Shown: in pieces, positions 37,601 through 49,665 of the stretch
How the letters are laid out: every line of letters starts with the position of its first letter
Numbering within the stretch: position 1 is the first letter of the stretch
Assembly (NCBI RefSeq): GCF_036321535.1
Contig: NC_087436.1
Location: 106,022,001-106,086,000, forward strand
From: Camelus dromedarius
Taxonomy: Eukaryota
Direction of reading: 5' to 3'
DNA: 64,000 nucleotides
Notes under the pieces: model-generated
Told to the model about the DNA's origin: nothing
The model's input: only the letters and a program-made list of their open reading frames with translations
Database searches by the model: none
Program-made: the position numbers and the translations under genes

Positions 37601-38826
37601 GATCTTAAGAGAAAGAGATCACCACGAACCGTGGAATTCTCAGAAGCCTCTGCAGAGTTATTTCCATCAGCCTGTGTGTATTACACATACGGGCATCCCT
37701 CACTGGTGTATTCGTATTGGCAGTGCATGCTTATAAATGCTGCCATAAACTCAGTTCTTCCACCCAGGATGGGAATGGAGTTGTTAAAGACAGTTGTTGA
37801 GGTGGCATCTGTTGGCCAACAGTTTTATGCTGCAGTAGCTCTGAGCAGATAACATTAATAGGAATCACATTTTAAAGTTGTAAATTTGATGTGAAATACT
37901 AAATTTCACAATAATTGCATTATAAAGCAAAAATTCTATTTATTAAAGAGCTCCCGTTTCTGTCTCTCCTTCGTGTGAGGGGCTCTGAAATTCTTGCTCA
38001 TACCTGCCCCTAGCAATTATCATGCTTTCTCTAAAATTCTGTTTTATTTTTCCATTTTCATAACAACTACATTATGATGTGACATATTTTTTCCAGATAT
38101 TTTGCTTGAATAAATAAATAGGATATTAAATTCAACTGGGGTATTAGATTATAAATTAGTTCTGTAATAGGCGTCATAATGTTATTTAGATTTTCAGTTT
38201 ACACAGACCTTGTAGCAACTCCCCAGAGCTATGCTACAGAATTAGAAGTAGATAGAAGTTGATGTAAGAAAATTGGTTTTTGTAATATGCTGATGCCAGT
38301 GGAGTTGTGCTGTGTGTAAAGGTATTTAAATGGAGCGTTCCTACTTACTTCATTGTACAGACAAAAGATTGATAATGATTTCAGTGATTGATTTGTTGGT
38401 GCTAATATTGGCCATAGGTGAAACTCGAATATTTCTTTCCAAATTTAAAGCAGTATTTACGTATGAAGGCTAAAAATCCAGTAGTAGAATGTACATCAGC
38501 GGTCCCATGACTGGGTGTTTCTCTTTTGTCTGATTGGCATGATGACATAATCTCACAACTGTTTCTCGGTGATCAAGTCAGTCCTTTCAGTTATACTTCC
38601 CATCAAGGAAGACACCCCACTCAGGAGCACTGTGGGGTGATTGAAGTCACTAGCAAGTAGGATGTAACCTTGCTGAAGTCATTCCTATCACACACCAATG
38701 GGAAAACATGTGCATTTGACAGAAAATGTGTATTAGCCAGACGAGCACTGCTAGCAAATTATAAAGAGAGCGTCTGGGTAGCAAAAGGATGTTTTCCAGG
38801 TGGTGAGTGCTTTCATGACTCTAAAC

Positions 38827-39167
38827 CGGGGGTTGGCAAACTCTAGCGGGGGCAAGACACATCTGGCCTCCTGCCTGCTTTTGTATAGCTCATGAGCTAA
38901 GAATGGTTTTTGCATTTTTAAGTGGTTGAATAAAAATCAAAAGATGAATAATGCTTCATGACACATGAAAGTTATATGAAATTCAATTTCAACATGGATA
39001 AATAAAGTTTTATCAGAACATAGCCAGGCTCATTTGCTTACACAACGTCTGTGACTGCTTTTGCACCACAGTGGCTGAGTTGAGTAGTTCAGACAGAGAC
39101 CACGTGGCTTGCACAGCTTAACATAGTCACTCTTGGGCCCTTTACAGAAAAAGTTTGTTGAGCCTTG
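38827..39167 (+). mobile_element. MER58B (hAT-Charlie), full length
   Basis: Runs cgggggttggcaaact ... 'ccctttacagaaaaagtttg..ccttg', with an 8-bp TSD ctctaaac/ctttaaac. Confidence 0.9.
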
Positions 39168-39384
39168 CTTTAAACCAAAACCAGAGTAGACTACTGTGTT
39201 CTCACCATCTCAGAAAGCCATATACTTGGAGAAAACATTAATGAGGAAGTGGATCTCTTCTGTGTGGGACCTCTGGTTACTAGTGAATGGGAGAAAATGA
39301 GTTAACAAATAAGAAAGATTGTACTCCTGGGCCTTAGTTAAAAAAAAAAGCCAAATGTAAAATCCATCCAACTAATTTCTGTAG

Positions 39385-40109
39385 TGGTACCAAACTGAAC
39401 TAGTTCTACTCACCCACTAAAGCCAATTTACTGACACCTGGTTGTGGTGGAGGAAAGTACAGTGTTTATTGCAGGCACCCAGCAAGGAGAATGGGCAGCT
39501 TATGCTCAAAAGACCCAAATTCCCCAAATGGAAGAGCTTTTAAAGGAAACATCTGGGGTGAGGGTTGCAGGTGGCATGACTTTCTTTTGATTGGTTGGTG
39601 GTGAGGTCACAGGATGGTGTTTTGGGAATCCTAATCATTAGCTTTCCAACTTGTCTACGGTCTACATGTGTGTGGTCAGCCTGTAGTCACCATCTTTCAC
39701 CTGGGCAGGCATCTTAGTTCCTGTAGAAGAACTCAAAGATACGTTTCAGATTGCTATGTATATCCCTTGAGGAGGAACAATTTATAACTAAATTATTATT
39801 TCTTGACTACTTTTCCTTTGTTTCTACATTCCCTCACTTCCCTAATTAGTAACTTCTTGAATCTGCTCTTTGGAACTCAGGGAAAACCTGGGAGACTGAA
39901 GCCTTTTTCTACAAACAAGAGACAGAGGACATGGAGGGGCTTTGGTCCCACAGGCCCTGCTCTGTTTCAGTCCCCCCTTTTCTTTGCCACTCCTCAGTCC
40001 TCAGGGGAGTAGGGGCGGAGGGTGGGACAAGAAAAAGGATAAAGTTCTAGATGGAGAGGCTAATCGTAAACTCAGCAGGGGATCTTGGTTTTAGGGGGAC
40101 TCGGTTTCA
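39385..40109 (-). mobile_element. ERV1-class solo LTR (~725 bp, MER34/MER39-like group)
   Basis: Termini tg...tttca, 4-bp TSD gtag/atag, reverse polyA signal 'tttattgc', and 'gattggttggtggtgagg'. Confidence 0.75.
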
Positions 40110-41989
40110 ATAGCATGACTAAAAATATCCAACTGGGATAAGTTCACTTCCAAGTTTCTTTGAACTTTTATTTGAATACCAGAAAGTTGGTGCCCTATGG
40201 GACCTAAGAAAGTACCCCAAGAGGGCAAAATCTATTTTGGAGCCTTGTCAACCCTATGGCATGAATGGAAGGCAGCTGTGTGGTGGCCAGGCCAGACATG
40301 GGTCTGGTAGTCTTTGCCCCTCACCGGCCCTGACACTTTGGAAAAAATCTTCTTTTTCAGGCCTTAGTCTCTTAATCTGTAAACTGAAGTAAGTGGTTCA
40401 TCTCAGTGACCCGTGAAGCCCCATTTGGTTTTGAGACGACACAATATCTCTGATGATGGAAACTATCACTAGCCTAAGAAGGTCCCAGTCCCAGGAAAGG
40501 AGCCTCTTCTTTCTGGCGTCTTTGTAGCCTCCTCTTTGCTTCCCAAATGCTGCATTTCATTAAAGGTTCACAAGTCTTGACATGTTTGTAAAGAAAGACA
40601 CGGCAGGAATTCACATGCCTCGCCTTATAACAAACATGTCGTGAATAACCTATATTTGGAATACAGTTTGTCATAGGGATGCAGGCAGAGTTTTAAATTG
40701 GAGCAGCTTCTGAAACGGGGTGTTTTTTTCTTCTCAAGCAGATCCCAGAGTTCTCCCACTTTACACCTTGAAGGGAGTCTTTATTGGAGAAGCCGCTCTC
40801 CATTTCCGAAGAATGGGAACATTTGCATTAAATGATGCAAGAGATGCCATTGTAATTTCATGAGAATTACCCTTTCCAATGAATGTTAGATTAAGAACCA
40901 AGTAAAATCCCTTGAAAGTGGCTGGAAGATAAATTAGAGCTGAGCTGCAGTTAGGTAGAACTAAATTTTATTCCTTCCCTTTAAAATGGTTTTTAATTGA
41001 TTTGGCACACTTTTTAAGTTAATAATGAATACTGTACCTGGGTCTGCATGATCACTCCTGTGAATTAGATCTATTGCACTTGAAACAGCTTTCGCTTGCA
41101 GAGGACAGTGATTTTAATGAAGAGTCTTTGCTTATTGCACCGATGGAAATGTGGTTCATGGTGGTTTCAGACAGTTCTCTAATTAGCAGTCCAGTCTGTT
41201 CCCCTGAATATTTTTTCCTGAAACGATGTGGAAATGTAGACAGGAAAGGTGCTTTATCAGAATGCTGGGAGTTCTCCCCCACTTTGCAGGAGACCATGAA
41301 TGTGCATGGAGGTCTTGGAGCTGGAAGAGTGTTGCAAGGATATTGCAAGGCCTAGAAGTCTTTTTTCCCCTTAAATGGGATAAATCCAGAGATCTTTAAC
41401 AGTGGTAGAAATAGGTAGTTTTGAATACACAAATGGTTTTTATGTTAGAATAAGGAATTTCAGGGGTTTTTTGGTGGGGGGTGGTGGCATAGGCAGGGTG
41501 GGAAGGGCATTGGGTTCCTAAATTAGAGCCTAGTGATCGTATTTCAGGTGTGTCAGGTTGTAAATGGGTGGAGGGGGAGTCCTGTGGCTCTTATACTCAC
41601 TTGTGGGGAGTTAAGTTTCTCAGCATCTCTCCAGGGTCATCACTGATGAAGCATGGGGTAGACGGTGGACCATGCTTAGAGACTGTGGTGAAAGCCAGCA
41701 TGGAGACAGGGGCCGTGAAAGGATGAGCCAAAGCCAGACATTTGAGAGAGGTGAAAGTATGAAGACGAGGGTATTCCCTTTGACTTACAATGCTGAGTGG
41801 GTGAAAAGAAATGGAGGAATGTGGATGGAGAGAGGAAGGAGAAAGACTAAATTTTGAAGATTGCTGTGTCCCAAGAGATAGAAGCCAACGTTCAGCACAT
41901 TTCTACTCAATGTAGGACATTTGGTCACTATTATTAAGAACGTGGTCTTAAAAGTTCAGGGAAATGATTGATCTGAACATTAATATAAA

Positions 41990-42240
41990 ACGATGGTAAC
42001 AACCACTACTAGCTATTGAAGACTTACTGTGTCTTAATGTTCCAGGTGCTGGGCTAAGCATTGCACATGGGCTGATCTAATTTAGCTGCTGTTACCACTC
42101 TCTGAGCTAAGTACTACCCTGTTTTCCATTTTAAAGATGAGAAAACAGAGGCACAGAGAAATTCCCATCAGCCCAATTCCCTTGCCTAGAGAGCGCTAGA
42201 ATAAGGATTTTAAAACCCTGGAAAAATGACTCCAAACCTC
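41990..42240 (-). mobile_element. MIR SINE
   Basis: 'ccattttaaagatgagaaaacagaggcacagaga'. Confidence 0.8.
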
Positions 42241-42419
42241 CTGAATATACTGATTCTGCAGCAGGAACTGGGTTTGCTATTTAAAGGGGGAGAAAGAAGC
42301 GTGCGTTTCCTGAACTCAAAGTGAGGGAGTCAGAGCTGGGGCTGAACTGAGGCGCTGCTGGTTCCCATGATGCCCCAAGAGCCCTAACCGTTGTGTGCTT
42401 TCTTGTTACCCGACTGTAA

Positions 42420-42645
42420 TTAAAATTATCATACAGTATAATGATTTCTAATACATTTCAGAACAAATCACCATCTTATATCTGACATGTTGTTAATGTT
42501 TACTACCATAATTACTAATTTGAAATATAAGGCAGCAGTTTTTATTAGTGTTTGGTTATGTGTAATTATGTCAAATCGGAGACTGCAATTTACATTGAAC
42601 TGTATTAGCAGTGATCATACAAAATGATTATACTGTATATTTGAC
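42420..42645. mobile_element. Ancient AT-rich palindromic element (MER135-like)
   Basis: Inverted arms atacagtataatgattt (42431) / aaatgattatactgtat (42622) and ctaatacatttca / tgaactgtattag. The core 'ttttattagtgtttggttatgtgtaattatgtcaaat' resembles MER135 as I recall it. Confidence 0.65.
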
Positions 42646-43099
42646 ACCCTGGATATTTTATGTTTCTGTAGGTTTTTTTCCCCCCTCCAAACCATAAAGA
42701 ATTATTTAAAGATCATCCAAAGGTTATTTCTAATGCTTTTCATTTAACGAGTTTGAGAGTGTGGGAATATACATACTAAAAGTGAGATGTACTGAGTCAT
42801 GGTTTAACAGAGAGGGAGGGGAGCTACCTATCAGTGACTATGTGTGATGTGCCACACTCTCTCTGAACACTTTGTGCATCGAATTTCTAATCTTCACAAT
42901 GAATATGCTGTTTTCCTGACCAGAAATCAGGGCCCAGAAAATGTAAGCGATGTTACTCATCTAGTGAATGGTGGAGATGAAATTCAAGTTGATCTTTTGG
43001 GGGGGTTTTAACCTGGGTGATTAAACAACAGGTCATTTTATGGTAGATTATTGTCAGAATGTGCTTTGCTATAAAATTAATAGTATCCTGTATTCAATG

Positions 43100-43295
43100 A
43101 GATGATGTGTAGGATGTACGTGGGCCTTTCTTATGTATTATCTCATTAAATAAGTTCTATTAGGTCCATTTTAGAGCTGGGAAAACCGAGACTGAGAAAT
43201 TTAAGAGCTTATCCAAGTTTGCACAAATAAGCATGCATGAGAAGAGCTAGGATTTGAACCAGGGACTTCTGACTTAAATTCTAGTGTTTTCTCAG
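43100..43295 (-). mobile_element. MIR SINE
   Basis: 'ccattttagagctgggaaaaccgagactgaga...ctaggatttgaaccagggacttctgact'. Confidence 0.8.
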
Positions 43296-43384
43296 GATAG
43301 ATTGTTACCTGCTTCCTTTGTGGTTACCACCAGGATACTCTAAAGCGGCTCTTTATTACATCAGATCGTGAATTTTTTTTGTAA

Positions 43385-43410
43385 TGATGATGATGATGAT
43401 GATGATGATG
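43385..43410. repeat. (GAT)n microsatellite
   Basis: Read directly from the sequence. Confidence 0.95.
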
Positions 43411-44810
43411 TCTGCTCATGAAGGCAGCCAACAGTGATCAAGGATTACAAGCTATGCTATTTACATTCACCATACTTATGTAATTCTTGTCTCTGCCCGT
43501 TTTATGAATAGGGAAACTGAGATGTGGAGAGGTTCTCCATACACAGTTGGAGAGCCAGGACTTGAGTATAGAACTTTACTAATTCCAGAGTTCATTCCCC
43601 ACAAAGATAAATGGGATAAATGAGCCTGATTCCTTATCCTTCCGTAAGAAGATCTGTTTTCCACTGGTGAATATGTTTTTTGGTTATGTTTCCCTAAACA
43701 TTCTCTATTTTGTTAACGTTTTTCAGATATTCAGTGATCAAAGTTTCTTCAAATGTTAACATTTCAATGAATAACATTTCAAAAAACAAACAAAAAACAA
43801 ATTAAAAAACCCCTCAAATCCACAAAGATTACTTCCTGGCTCCAGTGCATAATCAAATTACTTAAAAGAAATAAATGTTTCAGATTTTAAAAACAACAAA
43901 ATTATATTAGCGAGAAGAAACAGAGAAATTACATGTCTTAAATAAATCACTAATATGATTTAGTGAATTTCTACTCAATTGCTCATTCACACATTTTTTT
44001 TTTTTAAAGACAATAAGCTCCAGGAGGGCAGAGGCTGTGTCTTTTCTGTTCACTGTGCCTGTTACTTAATACAGTCCTTGATATTTGGTAGAAATCCGTG
44101 AACATGTACAGATTAAGGAATCAATCAATGAAGTGTAAATATTAATTTGTGTTTTGCTTTTTTATTTTGTTGGTTAGTATGTCATATAGATTTTTAATCA
44201 TAATCCTTCTAAACCTTGTTTAAAATTAAATTTACAAAGTAATTGATTATTAGTGGAGAAATTTGCATCCTAACCAAGAGTGAGAATTTTGCCTTGGATT
44301 GATTCTCTCAAACTGCATCTTGCTCTTGGAATTGACTCCAAGCTGAAGTGAAACCAAACTGCTCTCTGTGAGGTCCTACCTGGGAGCCATAGAAATCCTT
44401 TAAACAAATCTCTCCCTGCACCCTTGTTTTGTCGTGTATCTATGAAGTCTGTGTCCAACGGAAGGGCTTCTGTTATGAATTTCTATCCTGTCAGTGGTGA
44501 GGGGTTAGCTGACTCATCCCCACCGGCTTGACTAGCCATCCTTAAGCCAGTGACTTGCCCTAGCAGGGCCAGCACTGAGAGCTGGACAAGGCAGTGTTTG
44601 ATCATGTGTCATAACTGAGTGAGCTGGCTGGATCCTGATTAAACTCAAAGCAGTGACCTTGGCAAATACTGGGTTCCGTCTGAGCCATGGGGCACCAAAT
44701 CAACTCACGTTGAAAATTAACCCACCCTTTCAGCCAAAATGGAAAAAAAATTTTTTGTCTGTGATTATTTTACTAGACTTTATAGTAGGGACTCATCCTG
44801 CTTGATTAAA

Positions 44811-44909
44811 AAAATGCACGTCACACCTGAAATAATATGATATTGTACATCAACTATACCTCAATTTAAAAAAATTAAAGAAAAGAAAACCCCCCAAAAG
44901 TACATGTCA
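44811..44909 (+). mobile_element. ~70-bp 3'-terminal L1 insertion with degraded TSD
   Basis: 'cacctgaaataatatgatattgtacatcaactatacctcaatt' plus an A-rich tail. TSD aaaatgcacgtca/aaagtacatgtca matches at 10/13. Confidence 0.7.
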
Positions 44910-47904
44910 AGATCTAGAACTTTACATTTTAATAAGTCAAAATTACATGTTGTTGTTGTTGTTTTTATTTTGTTTATTTCGTGTGCTTCTCACATCACAG
45001 GGATGTATGAATAAACCCTTTTCCGTCTGGTTCATCATGAAAAAGAGACTTATAAATCCTTTAACCCCATTCTAAAATTGATCCCCTAAGAAAAGTTAAA
45101 TATCACCATTGTTTGTAGATTGCTAGATCATCACGAAGATAATTCTTTTTATAAATACAGATGGTATTTTATGGAAATTATATGACAGTAAATAGATGCC
45201 GATAGGAAAAAAAAAATGACACGTTGATTAGCTCATACAATGGTATTCAGTAGAATTATGCTTCGTTGTCTAATTTATGGCTTATTTGAACTTGCCATGC
45301 CCTGTTTTCATTTTGGCTTTTACTAAATGTTCCTTTAAAAACTTTTAAAATGTAAAATAATATGAATTTGACTGTCTTGAGCATAAAATGCTAACCATCG
45401 GTTAGCAGTGAACCACGGCGATAAAGCTTCCACCTCCTCACCCCTGTTCTCACCCCGAGCTAGTCTTATGAATTGATGAAGGTGAATCAATGATCAGCAG
45501 GTTGAAAGCACCACCCTACACTGACAGGTATAAAAAAAGGAGCCAATGAATATGTTATTGGCAAATTATTGATATAAAAATCAATGCTCAGGGTACACTC
45601 AGGCAAGGAGTCTAGGAAGAGGAACCTACGTTTACTGAGTGCCTCGTGTGTGTCAGATCCTGGAAACAACCTCATATTTGGGCCTCTGCTGGTGCTTTTT
45701 TCTTTTATTCTCTCCGAGCTGTATTGTACCAAAATAACTACCCCTGTCTCCCTTTTTTAAAAAACATCAGTTAAAAAAAAAAAAAAGAGCGCAGAGGAAT
45801 TTTATCATGGTATCAGGACATGGAGGGCGTTTGAATATTAGCATCACATTTTCCACTTTCTCGGCTCTGTTTGTTGATGGGTGGAACGTTGAGGAATGTT
45901 GCCCAACCTCTTCGAAATGGCACGTGAATAATCCCGTAATCAGTGTAATGTATTCTGTTAGGGGAGTAATCAAGTCATTCAGCTTTGGAGTAAGATCCGA
46001 TTTTTAAAAAGTGGCTGATGAATGCAGTTTTGGGTATTTAGGGGAGGCTGCTGTACCTGGACTATTTGGGTCTTCTGGTTGAACAGGGAAAAAAAGTACT
46101 TGAAGCAACTGAAGTGGACCATTCTAAAAATATCCCAAGTTTCGGGATAGATTTTCCTAGCAGGCATGGTACGCAATTTAAGATTTTGAAATTAAACATG
46201 TCTGTGAGCTTTTGAATTTAGTATTGCCGAAAGCTTAGCTGGTTGCAAGTGAGGGACGATGGTGTTCTCTGCTGAGTCTGGTGGAAGACTGGCTCGCTCC
46301 CTCCTCCTGCACTGTTCTTTCCCCGGGTCTTTGCAGGGTGGGGGCCTCCTGGTTATTGGAGTCTTAGCTTCAATGCTTCTTCTTCAGAGCTGTCTTCCCT
46401 GAGCACATTTTCCCCTCCCCAGAGCCCTTTCTCCCACTTTCCTTTTTGATTTTCTTAAATAGGTCTTATAACCGACAGAGATTATTTACTTGCTGGCTTC
46501 CCATCTTCCAGGAGAATGTAGGCTCTTTGAGAGCAGGGGCTTTGGGTGGTCCATCCTGGGATCTTCAAGACCCCAGATGGTTGCAGACACTTAGGAGACA
46601 CTGATGTAAGATTGATGGAAAGAGGGAAAGCTTGATTCTAAACCAAGGTCCCCAGGTTTCCAAGCTCAGATCATCCCCCTCCAGGTACATCATCTGCAGC
46701 AGAAAGGATGCAGCACAGTCTCCCTGTTGCAACACACAGCAGCTCCTCCGAGGCTCACCTCTGGGTCAAGGCTCCCCTAGTTGGTCCTGTCCCAGGTGGG
46801 AGGCTGCTGCTAATTGGGCAGCTCCGGTTCCCAGCCGGTCCACCAGCCGGCAGCAGTCATGCAAAATACCACGAGTGTGTCCCTGCTAGTTAAGCTTCAT
46901 ATTACTTAAGACATCCATTTCAAAAATAACTCCGGCATCTATGGTTATGTTCTGTACTTGATTCGCAGGGCTTTAGCAGACCAAATCCCATTAATGCCAG
47001 AGCCCTTGCACAAAGCCTTTTGTATTGACTTGGGTCAACTTAATCTGTGGGCTTGTGTTTCCCTCCCCTCACTGCAGGAGTCTCAACAACTCTTGCTTTC
47101 TTTCTCTGTGTGTCTCTAGTTCGTTCTTTGTTTGTTTCTTTGTTTCTTTCTTCCTTCCTTCCCTCCCTTCCTTCCTCCTGCCTTTCCTCCCTCTCTCCCT
47201 CTCTCTTCCTTTGCCTTGGAGAATGAGAGAGTGGGTGATTTCCTCCTCCTGAGATTGGATTCTAAGCACAGGGGAGGAAGAATCTTGGAACCTCATTTCC
47301 CCCTTGCTTCCCCCTTCTGCTTCGGATTTATCTAGTGTACCAATGTTAAGTAAGATCATCATAAAAAGCCCCGTGTATAAAAATCTTCATGTACAAGTAG
47401 GTAATTTTTGGACTTACTATTGGTGTATCAACATATCTCTATAGAATTTCTTTTCTTTTTTCTTCCCCAGCATGGATTTTCTGTTTATGAAAGTAATGCA
47501 CACTTACAGTGAAGCATTTGGATAATAAAGAAAACCTGGGGTGACTTTAAGCAGCAGGTTTCCCCGTGTAGCCAGAAGAGGATCTGGCTTTCAAAAGGGT
47601 AATTAACAAAACTCGTTTTAAGAGCCCATTTATTGTAGAAAATAGGGGAATTACCTGTCCTAGGGAATGAGAAGTGTTCAGATGTTGCCGACACTTTCCC
47701 CAAATGTGCTGTGGTCCCAGAATAAGACTTCTTTTTACAGGAAAAGGAGAAGTTGCCGTGGTCCAGTGGACAGGAAACGCCACTCCCAGGCTTTCTTGGT
47801 TTGCAGAAAATACGCCCGAGTCTGCCTTTTCAAAGAAAGCCATCAGACCACATCAGAACCAGACAGGGTATAGATTCCTTATCTTTTGATTCATTTGTTC
47901 TTGG

Positions 47905-48175
47905 AGCAAATCCACATTTGCCAAAGTCAGTTCCATTGAACAACTGTCACATAGGATTTGCCAAAGAGTTCCCGGGTCAAATAAGTTGGGAAACACTTGT
48001 GTGCATTTCTTAGAGTTTTGTGGTGATGCACATCCACGTGTTACAGAGCAGGAAAGCCTGTACTAGAGAGACTCATGTTACTTCATTTCCTTTGTTGTTT
48101 CTGAAACTTATTTGACTGTGGACTTTCTTAAAAAAGTACCATCTAATATTCCCTAGAACTACTGGGGTCACAAAA
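47905..48175. mobile_element. Old hAT-Charlie MITE (family uncertain)
   Basis: Internal inverted repeats 'gtcaaataagtt' and 'aacttatttgac'. Confidence 0.6.
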
Positions 48176-48707
48176 ACAAAGAAAACAAATGAGCAGAAGC
48201 AGTTACTGTTGCCTTACCCTGGGCGCACAGTCTTTTGTTTGCATTTCGGGTGTCCTTGTCTTTTTCCTGGATGAGAAGATGAAGGAGGCAAGGGCTTGTC
48301 TGTCAGTTCCCTCAGGCCAGGCACTATTCTGCCACTGCTTGCTTGGCTGCCCTTGAACCCACAGCACGTGGGATCCTCACTTTGTAAATGAGGGTCTTAA
48401 AACTCAAAGAGAGGATATAACTTGCTTATGGCCAGTCAGTGAGGTACGTGGAAGAGCTGGGAAAGGACCATGGTTGTGGACCCTGTGCCAGAGCTCTCAA
48501 TGCTGCCAACACTCATGCCCTTCAGCACAGCAGACACAGACCCCGCGCCGCTGCACCCTTCCCACTTTGAGGACCCTTTAGAGGCATTCATCATTTGCCC
48601 TTTAAAAGAAACTGCAATCAGCACCATTATACATAGACCCCTCTTGGTGAAGACTGCATACGCTCCACATGCAAATAATTGGAAATCAGGTGTGTGATAT
48701 GTGTATA

Positions 48708-48802
48708 TCCATATCCAAATCTATCCACCCATCCATCCATCCATCAATCCACCCATCCATCCACCCATCCATCCACTCATCCATCCACCCATCTATTCAT
48801 CC
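48708..48802. repeat. (CCAT)n degenerate microsatellite
   Basis: Read directly from the sequence. Confidence 0.9.
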
Positions 48803-49524
48803 GTCATATATATTCCGGCTTCCTCAGGATCATTTTCAGGGCCTGAAACATAGTGGGAGCTTGGCCTCAAATATTTAGTGACATGCAGTGGGGAAATAAA
48901 TGCTATATGAAGTATGAATTCATGTCCTTATACTCCCTAACCTCCTCTCCTTTTTTTTTTCTCTGTAGCACTTATCACCACTAGACATATGTTTACTTGT
49001 TTTACATTTCCTTCTGTTGCTTACAGGGTATATCCCCACATTTGGATGCGAACTCCTTGGGGGAAAGTTTTGTAGGTCCTTTATTCACAACTGTGAATCT
49101 AGAGAAGGTGCTCAGTAAATATTTGGTGAAAGAATAAATGGTTGAATACATGTTTTTACCATTACTTCTACTTTCTCCAAACTCCTCAAATTGCTTTATT
49201 AGTCTGCTTCTCTCTCAGGAGTAGTTAAAACCTACTTAGGGCTGTAAATAAAGGAAGTCTACATTCTGAACTATTCCAGTATAGCAAATACTGAAGGGCT
49301 CTGGGTTAATGGGTGCAGGCTGTTTGCAAGACAGAAACAGCTACAAAGCCTGTGTACAGGAAGGTGTATAGTCGCAAGGACAAAGCCGCCACTTTCTGCT
49401 TTCTGTGACAGCCTGTCACTCTCACAGCACAAGTCTCTCCAGCAGAAATCCCAAGTTAAAAAAAAAACAACAACATAAAAACCCAGACAACAGCTCTACT
49501 TCCCATCCACTAAAACCATGCCCT

Positions 49525-49665
49525 GCTGGGCTTCTTAACTTGGGATGGAAAACTGTTTCAATATAATTAATCTCCTTTGCGATCCTTTAAAAATCATTCT
49601 TCTTAGAAGGGGTCCATAGATTTCATCTGACAGCCAAAGGCATCTGGAAAGGAGAAGGACCCCTG
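49525..49665. mobile_element. Old hAT-Charlie MITE fragment
   Basis: 'tttcaatataatt..ctttg..agaaggggtccatagatttcatctgacagccaaagg..gacccctg'. Confidence 0.55.

Noticed and set aside
38539..38676. C/D box snoRNA (ATGATGA ... CTGA)
   Set aside because: It is long for a C/D snoRNA, the terminal stem is weak and offset, and I recognise no rRNA or snRNA guide.
41052..41355. Opposing 93-98 aa ORFs in unique sequence
   Set aside because: No splice signals frame them and I recognise no homology.
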